Assembly (NCBI GenBank): GCA_963752595.1
Contig: CAVVYZ010000013.1
Span: 96,001 to 160,000, forward strand
Direction of reading: 5' to 3'
From: an uncultured delta proteobacterium
Lineage (GTDB): Bacteria; Desulfobacterota; Desulfomonilia; UBA1062
DNA: 64,000 nucleotides
A program made the position numbers and the translations under genes. The notes beneath the pieces were generated by a model. It was given only the letters and a program-made list of their open reading frames with translations. It was not told where the DNA came from and made no database searches. This document shows, in pieces, positions 27,280 to 38,274 of this stretch (the stretch's first letter is position 1; every line of letters begins with the position of its first letter).

Positions 27280-29454
27280 ATGGAAGATGTCATCAAGGTT
27301 TCCGGCAATCATTATGTCCTGGCAACGTCTGCCCTGGGCGCTGAACGGAACCGCATCGTAAAGCAGTCGCATACGTTTGCGGTGTTTGACAGCCTTGGCG
27401 ATATCCGCTCGGTCGTCTTCGACAATCAGGGCATCTTCCACAACGGCACCCGCTATTTATCGGGGCAGCAGTTTTTCATCGAAGGCAAACGGCCGCTGCT
27501 CCTGAGCTCGGATGTCACGAGGGACAACCACCTGATTACCGTAGACCTCACCAATCCTGATCTCATCTTGAGCCCCGATGATCAGATCCCCAGGGGCACG
27601 GTCCATGTATTCCGTTCCAAGTTTCTCTGGGAAGGCCGGTGCTATGAAAAGTACCGCATCAGGAATTTCGGCCTGGACAGGCTGTCAATATCCGTTACAC
27701 TGAGGTTCGCGTGCGATTTTGCAGACATCTTCGAGGTCCGGGGGATGAAGCGCGTCCGGAAAGGCGAATTCCGTGAAATCGTTACAAGCCCGCGCTCACT
27801 TGAATTTCCCTACCTGGGGCTCGACGGGATCCTGCGCACGACCCGCATCGAGTTCTCGCGGGAGCCGGATTCTTTACAGCGAGACGAAGCGGCGTTCGAT
27901 GTCGCGCTGGATACCCATGGGGAGATGGAATTCGAGACCGTGATATCCTGTCTTTCCGAGGGCGATGAATATATCGGGCCGATGCTTTCCTATGTCGATG
28001 CATATACGTCATCCTCCCGGTTTTTCCGCATGGCTCGCGGCAAAGAGTGCAGCATCAGGACCTCGAACGAGTATTTCAATACCGTCATGGAGCGTGCCGT
28101 CTCGGATCTGAGGATGCTGCTCACCGATGAGGGCGGTAATGTCATGTACCCCCATGCGGGTATCCCCTGGTTTTCCACTCCTTTCGGGCGGGACGGCCTT
28201 ATCACGGCCATGGAGACGCTCTGGTTCAATCCTGACATCAGCAAAGGCGTTCTGGAGTATCTGGCGAACAATCAGGCGAAAAGCTTTAATGACACCCAGG
28301 ATTCCGAGCCGGGAAAGATCCTCCATGAAATACGGATGGGGGAAATGACCAACACCCAAGAGCTTCCCTTTGCCAGGTATTACGGCAGCGCCGACTCCAC
28401 GCCTCTCTTCATTCTGCTTGCAGGACGGTACCTCCAGAGGACCGGGGACATAGGGTTTGTCGAAACGATCTGGCCACATATCAAGCGGGCTCTTGACTGG
28501 ATCAATATCTACGGCGATACGGATGGAGACGGGTTCGTGGAGTATGCGAAGAAAGCCGAATTCGGGGTCAGGAACCAGGCATGGAAGGATTCTCCCGACT
28601 CGGTCTTCCATGAAGACGGCAACCTGGCCGAAGCCCCCATCGCTATCTGCGAAGTGCAGGCATACATCTTCGCGGCAAAGAGGCAGGCTGCTTTCATTGC
28701 CCAGCACCTCGGGCTCCAGCAGATTGCATTCGAGATCCTTACCCAGGCAAAAGAGCTGCAGAGGAACTTCGAACATATCTTCTGGGATGAGAATCTCCCG
28801 GGGTATGTCCTCGCGCTTGACCGGGAGAAAAAACCTTGCCGGGTGAGGACATCCAACATGGGACACTGCCTGTTCGCGGGCATCTCCTCCAATGAACGGG
28901 CACGCATCGTTGCCGAGTCTCTGATGGACGAATCCTTTTTCAGCGAGTGGGGCGTGCGGACCCTTGCCAAGGGCCAGCCGCGCTACAACCCCATGTCGTA
29001 CCACAACGGCTCCGTCTGGCCCCACGACAATGCCATGATTGCCGAAGGGTTTTCCCGATACGGCTTCAAGGAGCAGACAGGGCGCATCATGAACGCCATG
29101 TTCCACATGAGCCAGTTTACCGAGCTGAACAGGTTTCCCGAGCTCTTCTGCGGCTTTGAGCTCAGGGCAAACCAGGGGCCGACGCTCTACCCGGTCGCAT
29201 GTTCGCCGCAGGCCTGGTCCGCAGCGAGCATCTTCTCACTCCTGCAGTCCTGCCTCGGACTCACCATCCATGCCATGAACCGGCAGATCATATTCAGCCA
29301 GCCCTATCTGCCCGAGGCTCTGAAAGCGGTATTCATAAGAAACCTTGCCGTAGGGGATTCGGTTATCGATTTTGCCGCAGAGCAGCACGAAGACAATGTC
29401 ATAATCAAAGTTCTGAAGCGTACCGGCGATATTTCCGTGATTGTCAGCAAGTGA
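27280..29454 (+). CDS. Amylo-alpha-1,6-glucosidase / glycogen debranching enzyme
   Basis: AGIPWFSTPFGRDGLIT, EPGKILHE, YYGSADSTPLF, NQAWKDS, YHNGSVWPHDNA, YPVACSPQAW. Confidence 0.95.
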   Translation: MEDVIKVSGNHYVLATSALGAERNRIVKQSHTFAVFDSLGDIRSVVFDNQGIFHNGTRYLSGQQFFIEGKRPLLLSSDVTRDNHLITVDLTNPDLILSPDDQIPRGTVHVFRSKFLWEGRCYEKYRIRNFGLDRLSISVTLRFACDFADIFEVRGMKRVRKGEFREIVTSPRSLEFPYLGLDGILRTTRIEFSREPDSLQRDEAAFDVALDTHGEMEFETVISCLSEGDEYIGPMLSYVDAYTSSSRFFRMARGKECSIRTSNEYFNTVMERAVSDLRMLLTDEGGNVMYPHAGIPWFSTPFGRDGLITAMETLWFNPDISKGVLEYLANNQAKSFNDTQDSEPGKILHEIRMGEMTNTQELPFARYYGSADSTPLFILLAGRYLQRTGDIGFVETIWPHIKRALDWINIYGDTDGDGFVEYAKKAEFGVRNQAWKDSPDSVFHEDGNLAEAPIAICEVQAYIFAAKRQAAFIAQHLGLQQIAFEILTQAKELQRNFEHIFWDENLPGYVLALDREKKPCRVRTSNMGHCLFAGISSNERARIVAESLMDESFFSEWGVRTLAKGQPRYNPMSYHNGSVWPHDNAMIAEGFSRYGFKEQTGRIMNAMFHMSQFTELNRFPELFCGFELRANQGPTLYPVACSPQAWSAASIFSLLQSCLGLTIHAMNRQIIFSQPYLPEALKAVFIRNLAVGDSVIDFAAEQHEDNVIIKVLKRTGDISVIVSK

Positions 29455-29538
29455 ATTCTTATCCGGGATCCTGATCCTGGGGGTATCAACCCATTCCCTG
29501 AACTGATCGAGAACCGTCATGCGCTCCTCGGGAGGAAC

Positions 29539-29880
29539 ATGGCGGTCGGCATCATCATCGGGGCGGCATTCGGAAAGATAGTCTCCTCGCTTGTTGCGGA
29601 CGTGGTCATGCCTCCCATCGGCATGATCATAGGAGGGGTCGATTTCACGGACCTCGTGTTCACCATGAAGGCAGCGAGCTTAGGCGTGCTGGCCGTTGTG
29701 CCGGCATACGGCAAGTTTATCCAGACCGTCGTTGATTTCACCATTATCGCGTTTGCAATCTTCCTTTTGGTTAAGGGGATCAATGTAATAAGACGTCCTG
29801 AAGAGAAAAAAGCCGCCGGTCCGTCGAAAGAAGAGACGCTGCTCACCGAGATACGCGATCTGCTCAAGGATAGACGGTAA
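29539..29880 (+). CDS. mscL: Large-conductance mechanosensitive channel, N-terminally truncated
   Basis: [28 protein letters not shown]...[19 protein letters not shown]...[10 protein letters not shown]; the usual ~15-aa N-terminus (EFKxFxxRGNVxD) is absent. Confidence 0.85.
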   Translation: MAVGIIIGAAFGKIVSSLVADVVMPPIGMIIGGVDFTDLVFTMKAASLGVLAVVPAYGKFIQTVVDFTIIAFAIFLLVKGINVIRRPEEKKAAGPSKEETLLTEIRDLLKDRR

Positions 29881-29904
29881 GGAGGGAAAGGCCATTCGCA
29901 AATC

Positions 29905-30135
29905 CACTTCTCACCTGCCTGCTCTGCCTCACTGATGAGGTCCCAGAGACCGTGTACGCCTTTCCACTGATCCGGATGTTTTTTCACATATGCCTGGAAT
30001 GCAGCCTTTTCAATATCCGTCATCCTGAAGTAGAGGGTCATGGGCTGCACCAACCCGTCCCTCTCCCTGCCTATTTCATAGGACGCTCCTGCGTGCGCCG
30101 CCATATCTCCGTCTCCCGTACAGTCGATAATCTCC
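29905..30135 (-). pseudogene. Internal fragment of an FAD-dependent oxidoreductase
   Basis: IIDCTGDGDMAAHAGASYEIGRERDGLVQPMTLYFRM; no start and no proper end. Confidence 0.7.
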
Positions 30136-30492
30136 TGCGCTGATAGCATATACCATCACGGGCGCCCCGACCTCATGGGCTATGGCGACTTCCCGTAAAT
30201 AGGTCTTTGCATCTGCATCGTAAATGATCCCTCCTCCTCCGAGGATGAAGAGATCAAGCCCTTCAATCTCGGGAATGACCTCGCTCCGAGTCAATTCCCC
30301 TGGATCCACTGCCTTCTTCACGGTATACCGGCGCATGGTGTCTGAAGGGTTGCGGGAAAAGACGGTTATCCCGACAGGCAGGGAACCCTGAAGCCGGGTG
30401 ATGATAGACTCGAGGATTGCCTCATCGCCCATATTGAGGCCGCCGTAGGAACCCGAGATGACTACGCGGTAAGTCAGGTTATCGCTCTTCAT
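30136..30492 (-). pseudogene. 5' fragment of a polysaccharide pyruvyl transferase (CsaB-like)
   Basis: VVISGSYGGLNMGDEAIL, ILGGGGIIYD, VMVYAISAG, then an abrupt switch to unrelated sequence. Confidence 0.75.
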
Positions 30493-30747
30493 GCGTCGTG
30501 CACCCATCAAACAGATTTTTTTACCTTCCGTGTGCCTGCCCACGGGGAAAACTGCAGAGGGGGAGTGGAATGAGACACTTCACGATGCCCCTTTTAGAAA
30601 ACATACTGTATGGTGGAGATCGGGAATTCAAGCCGTGGCATGCCCGGAAGGATCTTAAAAGGAGAAAACTTTGATTTTTTCTGGTGTGCCGCACGCTGAT
30701 AAGTGGTAGTATTCAAAAGATAAGATGCTGCTCCGGGAGGAAATACG

Positions 30748-31053
30748 ATGCTTACCGTAATAGCCGTGCTCAAGGCGAAAGAGGGCAAGGAAAAGGAATT
30801 GGAGAATGCGCTTTCAGGGATCGTTAATAAGGTTGAGGCAGAGGAAGGCACCCTTGCCTATGCGCTTCACCGTGCCAAGAAGGAACCGGGCAAGTTCCTT
30901 TTCTATGAAAAATACAAAGACAAAGCGGCCTTAAGCGCCCACAGCTCCACGCCGTATTTCATAGAGCTTTTCGGAACGATCGGCCCGCTTCTCGACGGCA
31001 ATCCCTCGATAGATATCTATGAGGAGATCGCATCCATCCCGTCCAAAGGCTAA
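30748..31053 (+). CDS. ABM-domain protein (putative quinol monooxygenase)
   Basis: VIAVLKAKEGKE...EEGTLAYALH...FLFYEKY...AHSSTPYF. Confidence 0.9.
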   Translation: MLTVIAVLKAKEGKEKELENALSGIVNKVEAEEGTLAYALHRAKKEPGKFLFYEKYKDKAALSAHSSTPYFIELFGTIGPLLDGNPSIDIYEEIASIPSKG

Positions 31054-31057
31054 TAAG

Positions 31058-31325
31058 GAGCCTACCCGGCGCTGGCAGGTTTGCATGGGCCGGATAGCCC
31101 TCGGGGTGTGCATGCGAGCCTGAGCTTAGGCGCCAAGCCCTAAATCGACGTTCTTTTACAAAAGGACGGAGAATCCTTATAGCTACAAGTCTTACGTGCA
31201 CTTTGCCGTTTGCGGGTATGACAGAGAGCATGTACGCTCTCGCATATCAGCAGGTCTGTGCGCTCGCGGCTTTCGAGCCTCCATTGCCGCATCTGTCGGG
31301 TACTGGTCGGTATTCCGGCTATGTT
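31058..31325. ncRNA. Candidate structured non-coding RNA, family unknown
   Basis: Intergenic stretch with at least seven consecutive stem-loops and no credible ORF (details in findings). Confidence 0.35.
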
Positions 31326-31405
31326 ATGGTTCTGACCGGCATTGATGAATAAAAACGTTTTCTTATAATGAAATATTATTGATTGATATGAAGAGAGGAA
31401 GGCAG

Positions 31406-31942
31406 ATGAAAAATACCCTTGTAAAAACAGGCATGTTCCTTGTTTTATTCCTGATAATCCAGATGGGCTGCAGCATGCCGGGGAAGGTGTGGCCACAGAA
31501 GGATATAGAGCTTTTCCAGGTGAACGATCCTTCGACCAAAACCCGGGTTTTGGTCGCTTCGCGGGAAAGCGGGTTCAAGAGCGCCCTCGTGAAGAGGATC
31601 CGGGGATATTATGAGGGCAGACCCGTGTATGTGAAGTGTACAGGCATTGATGCGCTCTCCCGGGAAAATGCCGGGGATTATTCATGCATCGTGCTCGTCA
31701 GCACCTGTATCGCCCGGGGCCTGGATCCGGAGGTGCTGAATTACATCGAGGCAAACCCGTACTATTACGAATTCATCGTTCTGACCACTTCCGGAAACGG
31801 TGCCTGGATGCCGGAAATAAAACATGAAGAGGTGGATACCGTCTCTTCGGCTTCTGTGATGGCAGATGTCGATGAAAAGGCACTCGAGGCCGTTACCCTG
31901 ATCGATGAGCACCTGAAGGAGAACTTAAGGCTGGTCCAATGA
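31406..31942 (+). CDS. Hypothetical lipoprotein
   Basis: MKNTLVKTGMFLVLFLIIQMG-C lipobox; alpha/beta pattern. Confidence 0.75.
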   Translation: MKNTLVKTGMFLVLFLIIQMGCSMPGKVWPQKDIELFQVNDPSTKTRVLVASRESGFKSALVKRIRGYYEGRPVYVKCTGIDALSRENAGDYSCIVLVSTCIARGLDPEVLNYIEANPYYYEFIVLTTSGNGAWMPEIKHEEVDTVSSASVMADVDEKALEAVTLIDEHLKENLRLVQ

Positions 31943-33934
31943 TCAGGCGACTTTATTGAGGGCTTTCCTCGCCTCATGCCTGGTCTCGTAGATGTGGGGC
32001 GCGAGCTTGCGCTCTTTCAGCGCGTCTCCCAGCTTCATCCTCAGGAAGGTGTTCGTGGTGTAGCGGGTCACGCCGGTATAGTACCTGTCAACGAGCCTCT
32101 TGACCATGTCGGTATACTCATCCACGAGCTCGGGCAGGATGTCGAAATTGTCATAGTTCACGACGGTATAAACCTTTCTGCCAAGGGGCGAGAGGATGCC
32201 TGCGACCATTTCCTCGACTTTCTCGATGTCTTCCTGGGTCCGTATCTTGTAGCCTTCGAAGTTGACGAAGAAGAGATCGTCCTGCGCGTCGTAGGTGAGC
32301 CGCTCTTCGAGCGTCAGGCCGAAGATGCAGTCTTTGAGGTTCATGGGCCCTTCTTCGAATATCCGCTTGTCCATGAGCTTCGGGGGCTTGTCCATGAGCG
32401 GCACGAATTCCATATTCTTCAGGATGTCTTTCTCGATATCGATGCCGGGAGCAACCTCGACGAGCTCCATGCCTTTATCCGAGAGCCTGAACACGCACCG
32501 TTCCGTCACATAATAGACGGGCTGGCCTTTCATGGCTGCATACTTGCCGCTGAAGGTGATATGCTCCACGCGGTCGCGGAACTTTATCTCCCTTCCTTCC
32601 TTCTCGATGGCAAGCTTTCCGTCCCGGACCGATACTTCGAGGCCTCCTGCCGTGAAGGTGCCGACGAACACCACCTTCCGGGCGTTCTGGCTGATGTTGA
32701 TGAACCCGCCCGCGCCTGCCAGCCTGGTGCCGAATTTGCTCACGTTCAGGTTCCCCTCCTTGTCGGCCTGGGCGAGGCCCAGGAAGCAGCAGTCCAGCCC
32801 CCCTCCGTCATAGAAATCGAACTGGTACGGCTGGTCGATGATGCAGTCCGGGTTGGTGGCTGCGCCGAAGCTCATGCCTCCTGCCGGTACGCCGCCGATG
32901 ATGCCCGGCTCCGCGGTCAGGGTTATATACTCGATGATCTTCTCCTCGTTGGCCACACTGGATACACCCTCGGGCATCCCTATGCCCAAGTTGATGATGC
33001 TGTTTCCTTTGAGCTCGAATGCTGCCCTGCGGGCGATGATCTTCCGTGCACCCATCTCCATGGCCGGCAATGACCCCATGGGGGCCTTGACCTCGCAGCT
33101 GAACGAGGGATCGTACTGCACGGCAAAGGTCTGCCAGTGATTCTCGGGCTGAGAGACCACGACGCAGTCCACCAGGATGCCCGGGACCTTGACCTGCCTG
33201 GCATTGAGCGTTCCGCTTTCGGCTATACGCTCGACCTGGGCTATGACAAACCCGCCTGAGTTCTTTGCCGCCATGGTGATGGACAGGACCTCCTGGGTCA
33301 ATGCCTCCTTTTCCATGGTGATGTTGCCGTCCGTGTCGGCGGTCGTGCCCCGGATGATCGCCACGTTGATGGGAAAGGTTTTGTATGCCAGGTAATCCTT
33401 GCCGTCGAAGTTCATGATCTCGACAAGGTCTTCCTGCGTGACGCTGTTGATTTTCCCTCCGCCCAACCGGGGATCGACATAGGTCCAAATGCCTACCGTG
33501 GTCAGCGTGCGGGGCTTGTGGGCTGCAATATCCCTGAACATGTGGGAGATGACCCCCTGGGGGAGGTTGTAGGCCTCTATCTTGTTCTCTATCGCCAGCT
33601 TGCCGAGCTTCGGCACCAGGCCCCAATGTCCTCCGACCACCCGCTTGACCAGTCCTTCGTGGCCGAAATGGTTCAGCCCCCGATCCTTGCCGTCACCCTG
33701 ACCTGCGGCATAGACCAGAGTCAGGTTCCCGGGCTTTCCCGTCTCGAGAAAGCATTCCTCGATATGGATAAGGATCTCTTCCGGGACCCCGATGCTTACG
33801 AAACCGCCGGTCGCGATTGTATCTCCGTCCTGGATTGCGCGCACTGCCTGTTCGGCCGATACCACCTTGCCTCTCCGCATCCGAGACGGCGGCAGCGTGG
33901 AAAGCATGGGATGGATATTGGTGTTTCTCGCCAT
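31943..33934 (-). CDS. Acyl-CoA:acetate CoA transferase (YdiF/Pct-like) with extra C-terminal domain
   Basis: [32 protein letters not shown] (catalytic Glu), [28 protein letters not shown]. Confidence 0.93.
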   Translation of the reverse strand: MARNTNIHPMLSTLPPSRMRRGKVVSAEQAVRAIQDGDTIATGGFVSIGVPEEILIHIEECFLETGKPGNLTLVYAAGQGDGKDRGLNHFGHEGLVKRVVGGHWGLVPKLGKLAIENKIEAYNLPQGVISHMFRDIAAHKPRTLTTVGIWTYVDPRLGGGKINSVTQEDLVEIMNFDGKDYLAYKTFPINVAIIRGTTADTDGNITMEKEALTQEVLSITMAAKNSGGFVIAQVERIAESGTLNARQVKVPGILVDCVVVSQPENHWQTFAVQYDPSFSCEVKAPMGSLPAMEMGARKIIARRAAFELKGNSIINLGIGMPEGVSSVANEEKIIEYITLTAEPGIIGGVPAGGMSFGAATNPDCIIDQPYQFDFYDGGGLDCCFLGLAQADKEGNLNVSKFGTRLAGAGGFINISQNARKVVFVGTFTAGGLEVSVRDGKLAIEKEGREIKFRDRVEHITFSGKYAAMKGQPVYYVTERCVFRLSDKGMELVEVAPGIDIEKDILKNMEFVPLMDKPPKLMDKRIFEEGPMNLKDCIFGLTLEERLTYDAQDDLFFVNFEGYKIRTQEDIEKVEEMVAGILSPLGRKVYTVVNYDNFDILPELVDEYTDMVKRLVDRYYTGVTRYTTNTFLRMKLGDALKERKLAPHIYETRHEARKALNKVA

Positions 33935-34168
33935 GGACAACCTCCGGTCCTTGTCTTGATGTACCTCATGACTGGTGCTGTTTGTGTTTTACTGGTCGTT
34001 CCATTTTTTAGGGTTTGCGCCTGTTTGTCAATAGGCGAACCTTTAACACCGTGCAAGGCCCGGCCTCAATGTCCTGTCGTATATCCTGTAACAATCCGTT
34101 AAACCCCTGGATATTTTTCCCGGTATCTGTATCTTGTTAACCTGGGAAGGAAAAATGAGGGCACGAGC

Positions 34169-35779
34169 GTGAGCACAAAAAAGATCCTGCCGGAAGAGGT
34201 TATCCCCTGGGAGCAGTATCTGCATATCGACCGGGTGTGCAGCGGCAATCAGGGGGTGCAGGCCCTGCCCGTCATTGCCGCATTCCTTGAAGATCGAGGC
34301 CTGGCGAGGATCGAGCTCGACAGGGATATCGTTGCAGGCTATGTCTCGGACAGCTCGAACCTGCCCGGGAGCGCAGCTGCCCTGGCAAGGCCAAGGTCTG
34401 TGGGGGAATGCGCCGCCCTTTTCCGGGCATGCTTTTCTGCGGGGATACCGGTTACCGTTTCCGGCGGCCGTTCGAATCTCACCGGCAGCGCAACTCCGGA
34501 AGGGGGCATGGTCATCTCGCTCGATGGCATGAAGCTTCCACCGGTCAGTACGGACAGAGACGACAGGATCGTCAGGAGCCCTGCAGGGATTATACTCGAA
34601 GATATGCGCAGCACCGTCCTCGGACAGACCGGGAATACACTGATCTTCCCCGTTGATCCCACGAGCAGGGCCGATGCCATGGTGGGCGGAACCATTGCCG
34701 GCAATGCCTCGGGGTTCACCCCCGGGGAGGAAGGCGCCATGAGGCACTGGGTAGCCGGCCTCGACGTGCTCCTGCCCAGCGGGCTCATGGTACGTTCCCG
34801 GCGGGGACAGCATGTATCGGAAGACGGCTCCTTCCTGCTCTGTCACCGCGGATCGGAGACCGTGCTCCCCGTACCGAGATATCGGAGGCCTGCCATAAAG
34901 AACGCGAGCGGCCCTTTCTCATCCCCGGACGGGTTGATGGATTTCATCGACCTGATCGTAGGAAGCGAAGGCATTTTCGGCATCGTGACCGGATGTACCT
35001 TACGCCTGAAGCAGCGGCCCCAAGACTATCTCGACATCTTCTTTTCCCTGCCCGATGAGAATGTGGCGGTCGCATTCCTCTTCTACCTCAAAGAGTTCTT
35101 CTCCGGAGACTTAAGCGCTCTCACGGCGGTGGAATACTTCGGGGTGAACAGCCGGAAGTACATGGATCATGAGAAGAAATTTTTCAGCTCCGAGCATCAG
35201 GTGGGGATCTACATTCAGGTGCCTCTCTATGACAAGCCCCTGGAGCAGGCAGCCGGGGAGTGGCTGGATATCCTTATTGGCAGCCCCTGCTCCATCGAGG
35301 GGGAAGCGGTCAGGATCATGGCGACGGACCGTGATCGTGCGCTCTTTCTGGATGCAAGGCATTCGATGCCCGCCAATTCCATCGAGGTCGTGAAGAGACG
35401 GGGGACCCATACCATCCTGACAGATACGGTCGTGCCTCCCGGGCATTTTTCCGAGTTCCTGCGCTATACGAATGAGCTCATCGGCTCCGAGGGGCTCGAC
35501 TACCTCTCCTTCGGCCATCTGGGCGACTGTCACCTCCATTTCTCCATCATGCCGGAAAAGGACCAGCTGAGCAAAGCCCTGGAGGTGTACGATAAGATCG
35601 TGGAAAAATCAGCTGCCCTTGGCGGGGTATACTCGGGCGAGCACGGCACCGGAAAGCGTAAAAAAAAGGACTTTCTGAAATGCTACGGCAATGGGGCTGC
35701 AGATGAAGTCAGAAATACCAAGAGGTCGCTTGATCCCCTCTTTCTCCTGAACAGGGGGAATGTTGTCGATCCACGCTGA
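34169..35779 (+). CDS. FAD-binding oxidoreductase (GlcD/D-lactate dehydrogenase-like)
   Basis: SGGRSNLTG, FPVDPTS, GSEGIFGIVT, FGHLGDCHLH, SGEHGTGK, LDPLFLLNRG. Confidence 0.92.
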   Translation: MSTKKILPEEVIPWEQYLHIDRVCSGNQGVQALPVIAAFLEDRGLARIELDRDIVAGYVSDSSNLPGSAAALARPRSVGECAALFRACFSAGIPVTVSGGRSNLTGSATPEGGMVISLDGMKLPPVSTDRDDRIVRSPAGIILEDMRSTVLGQTGNTLIFPVDPTSRADAMVGGTIAGNASGFTPGEEGAMRHWVAGLDVLLPSGLMVRSRRGQHVSEDGSFLLCHRGSETVLPVPRYRRPAIKNASGPFSSPDGLMDFIDLIVGSEGIFGIVTGCTLRLKQRPQDYLDIFFSLPDENVAVAFLFYLKEFFSGDLSALTAVEYFGVNSRKYMDHEKKFFSSEHQVGIYIQVPLYDKPLEQAAGEWLDILIGSPCSIEGEAVRIMATDRDRALFLDARHSMPANSIEVVKRRGTHTILTDTVVPPGHFSEFLRYTNELIGSEGLDYLSFGHLGDCHLHFSIMPEKDQLSKALEVYDKIVEKSAALGGVYSGEHGTGKRKKKDFLKCYGNGAADEVRNTKRSLDPLFLLNRGNVVDPR

Positions 35780-35857
35780 CGTGTGACCTTCCGCAGGTTT
35801 CAGCCCATATCTACTGCAGGAGCGCCTTCAAACCGCGATAAAGGAAGAGCTCGTTTT

Positions 35858-36682
35858 TTAGAAGATTACAGCCGAAATGTATCCGACGACCGAGGTGTTG
35901 TCGCCGGTGATGTGCCCGGAGTGGGCATACTTGAGTATCTTCGCTTCCGTCCGTCCAAGGGCTTTTGCATAGCTGAGTGCAGTCATGATGGGCCCGCCGC
36001 CGCAGGCCTCGCTCTCAGACCCGCTCAAATCGTTTTCCAGGGATTGTATGGCCAGCTGCTCGATGTTTTTTGCGACACGGGCATCCATGGCCTCTGCGGT
36101 TTTGGCAGGATGGAAGTGCGAGAGGTCGGAACTCGCCACGATGAGGACATCTTCAGGATTATCGATGGAAGCCATCAGGGAGTTGCTCAGCTCCCGGCAC
36201 AGCTCCAGGTCCTGCCGGCCCATGATCAGCGGGCAGAGCCTGAAGGAGGGCAGGACGGTCTGGAGAAACGGCAGCTGGATCTCCAGGGCGTGTTCGGTTT
36301 CATGGGGCCGGGTGTTGTCGGTAAAGATTACAGATGCATCCATGAGTTTTTCACATAAGGCCTCATCCACCTCGATGCTTCCCAGAGGCGTGGAAAAGGA
36401 CCCTTTGGGCCACACGGAGACATACGGGAAATAGGCCCGGTGCGAGGGACTGATAACGACCACGGTGTTGTAAGCACGGCCTGCTACGGCCTTGTATCCA
36501 TGGGCAGCCACCCGGCCTGAATACATATATCCCGCATGAGGGCTGATGATCGCGGCCGGTTTGCGGGGGATATCCCCGATAACAGCCTCTTCGAGAAAGC
36601 GGGTGATTTCATCCCGCAAGGTAGCAGGATCGTCAGGATACCAACTCCCGGCAATGACAGGTCTGCGTACGGGATCGCTCAT
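35858..36682 (-). CDS. amrB: AmmeMemoRadiSam system protein B (MEMO1 family)
   Basis: RRPVIAGSWYP, PHAGYMYSG, EHALEIQLPFLQ, ASSDLSHF, EACGGGP, VVGY. Confidence 0.93.
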   Translation of the reverse strand: MSDPVRRPVIAGSWYPDDPATLRDEITRFLEEAVIGDIPRKPAAIISPHAGYMYSGRVAAHGYKAVAGRAYNTVVVISPSHRAYFPYVSVWPKGSFSTPLGSIEVDEALCEKLMDASVIFTDNTRPHETEHALEIQLPFLQTVLPSFRLCPLIMGRQDLELCRELSNSLMASIDNPEDVLIVASSDLSHFHPAKTAEAMDARVAKNIEQLAIQSLENDLSGSESEACGGGPIMTALSYAKALGRTEAKILKYAHSGHITGDNTSVVGYISAVIF

Positions 36683-36825
36683 GATCGTACCTCCACAGTA
36701 TGCCAGTATGGTGAAACTCTCTTAAGTCGGCTTATGAAACCCTACGGATCAATGACAAGACGGGTCTCCCTGATGATGCTCCCGTGGAAGCCCTGTATAA
36801 TAATTTCCACTTATACTGCTTAAGA

Positions 36826-37857
36826 TTAAGGGAATAGGGGTAGGTAGTCAAGACCCTGGGACTCAGGCAAGCCGAACATGATGTTCATGCTCTGGACAGC
36901 CTGGCCCGATGCGCCCTTGGTGAGATTGTCGATCACGCTGACAATGACGGCATTTTTCGTCCGGTCATTCTTTGCAAGGCCGATGAGGCAATTGTTCGTC
37001 CCCCGGACATCCTTTGTCGAAGGGAAATCCTGCTTCCACACATGGACGAAACGCGAATCCCTGTAGTAGGAGGTAATGCAGTCCTTCAGGGAGGATTCAT
37101 CTGCTTCCGTAGATACATAGATCGTGGAGAGCATGCCCCTGGTGATGGGGATCAGGTGGGGCGTGAACTCGATGGTGACCGGCTTTCCTGCAGCAACGCC
37201 GAGCTCCTGTTCGATCTCGGGGATGTGGCGGTGCGAACCTCCGACCTTATAGGCCAAGAAAGATTCTCCGGTTTCGCAGATATGGCTTTTCAGGCTCAGG
37301 CCCCTGCCGGCGCCCGATACGCCGCTCTTGCTGTCGGCTATGATCCCGTCTCCGTCAATCATCCCACCTTTCAGGAGCGGTATCAGGGGGAGCAGGATGC
37401 TCGTGGGGTAGCAGCCGGGATTGGCAACGAGTGAGGCCTGCCCGATTTCCTCCCGGTATACCTCGCACAGGCCGTAAACAGCCTTCCGAAGTGTCTCGGG
37501 AGAGGTATGCTCGCCGTACCAGGCCTTGTAGGTATCGAGATCGCGGATACGATAATCGGCGCTCAGGTCGATAACCTTGACCGGATCCGCTATCCGGGAG
37601 ATGAAATCCATGCTTGTGCCGTGCGGCAGGCAGCTGAAAACGACGTCGCACCGGTCATGCACGGCCTGGGCATCGAAATCTTCAAGGACGATATCGAAGG
37701 TACCCTGAAAAAAGGGCAGTATATCGGCGATCTTTTTACCGTTATACTGTCTTGAGGAGCAGTAGGTGATCCTGGAGCCCTCGTGATTGTGCAGGATTCT
37801 GATGAGTTCTGCACCGGTATATCCTGTGGCACCCAGGATCCCTATAGATAGAGACAA
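36826..37857 (-). CDS. argC: N-acetyl-gamma-glutamyl-phosphate reductase
   Basis: GATGYTGAEL, ANPGCYPT, SGVSGAGR, IDNLTKGASGQA. Confidence 0.97.
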   Translation of the reverse strand: MSLSIGILGATGYTGAELIRILHNHEGSRITYCSSRQYNGKKIADILPFFQGTFDIVLEDFDAQAVHDRCDVVFSCLPHGTSMDFISRIADPVKVIDLSADYRIRDLDTYKAWYGEHTSPETLRKAVYGLCEVYREEIGQASLVANPGCYPTSILLPLIPLLKGGMIDGDGIIADSKSGVSGAGRGLSLKSHICETGESFLAYKVGGSHRHIPEIEQELGVAAGKPVTIEFTPHLIPITRGMLSTIYVSTEADESSLKDCITSYYRDSRFVHVWKQDFPSTKDVRGTNNCLIGLAKNDRTKNAVIVSVIDNLTKGASGQAVQSMNIMFGLPESQGLDYLPLFP

Positions 37858-37863
37858 GGAGAA

Positions 37864-38256
37864 CTACCTCTTACTGAACTGAGGTCTCTTTCGTGCTTTG
37901 TGAAGCCCGAACTTTTTCCGCTCCACCATTCTGGGGTCTCTGGTGAGAAACCCTGCAGACTTGAGCCGAGGCCTGTACTTCTCTGTGTCGAATTCGGACA
38001 TGGCCCGTGATATGCCGTGGCGGAGAGCGCCTGCCTGACCGGCTATACCGCCGCCGCTCACCGTGGAAAAGACATCGAAGTATCCTTTCGTATCCGTTAT
38101 TTCAAACGGCTGCATGGCGGACATCTTCAAGGTTTCCCTGCCGAAATATTCGTCGAGAGGTCTTCCGTTTATCGTGAACTGTCCTGTTCCGGGGGATAAC
38201 CATACCCGTGCCGTCGAGTTCTTCCTTCTGCCGGTAGCATAGATCCGTTCTGCCAT
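37864..38256 (-). CDS. rpsI: 30S ribosomal protein S9
   Basis: [11 protein letters not shown]...[12 protein letters not shown]...QFSKR. Confidence 0.98.
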   Translation of the reverse strand: MAERIYATGRRKNSTARVWLSPGTGQFTINGRPLDEYFGRETLKMSAMQPFEITDTKGYFDVFSTVSGGGIAGQAGALRHGISRAMSEFDTEKYRPRLKSAGFLTRDPRMVERKKFGLHKARKRPQFSKR

Positions 38257-38274
38257 AGTGTATCTTCTTCCCTT

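Noticed and set aside
36690-36820. Riboswitch upstream of amrB
   Set aside because: No conserved aptamer motifs recognised; only weak pairing.
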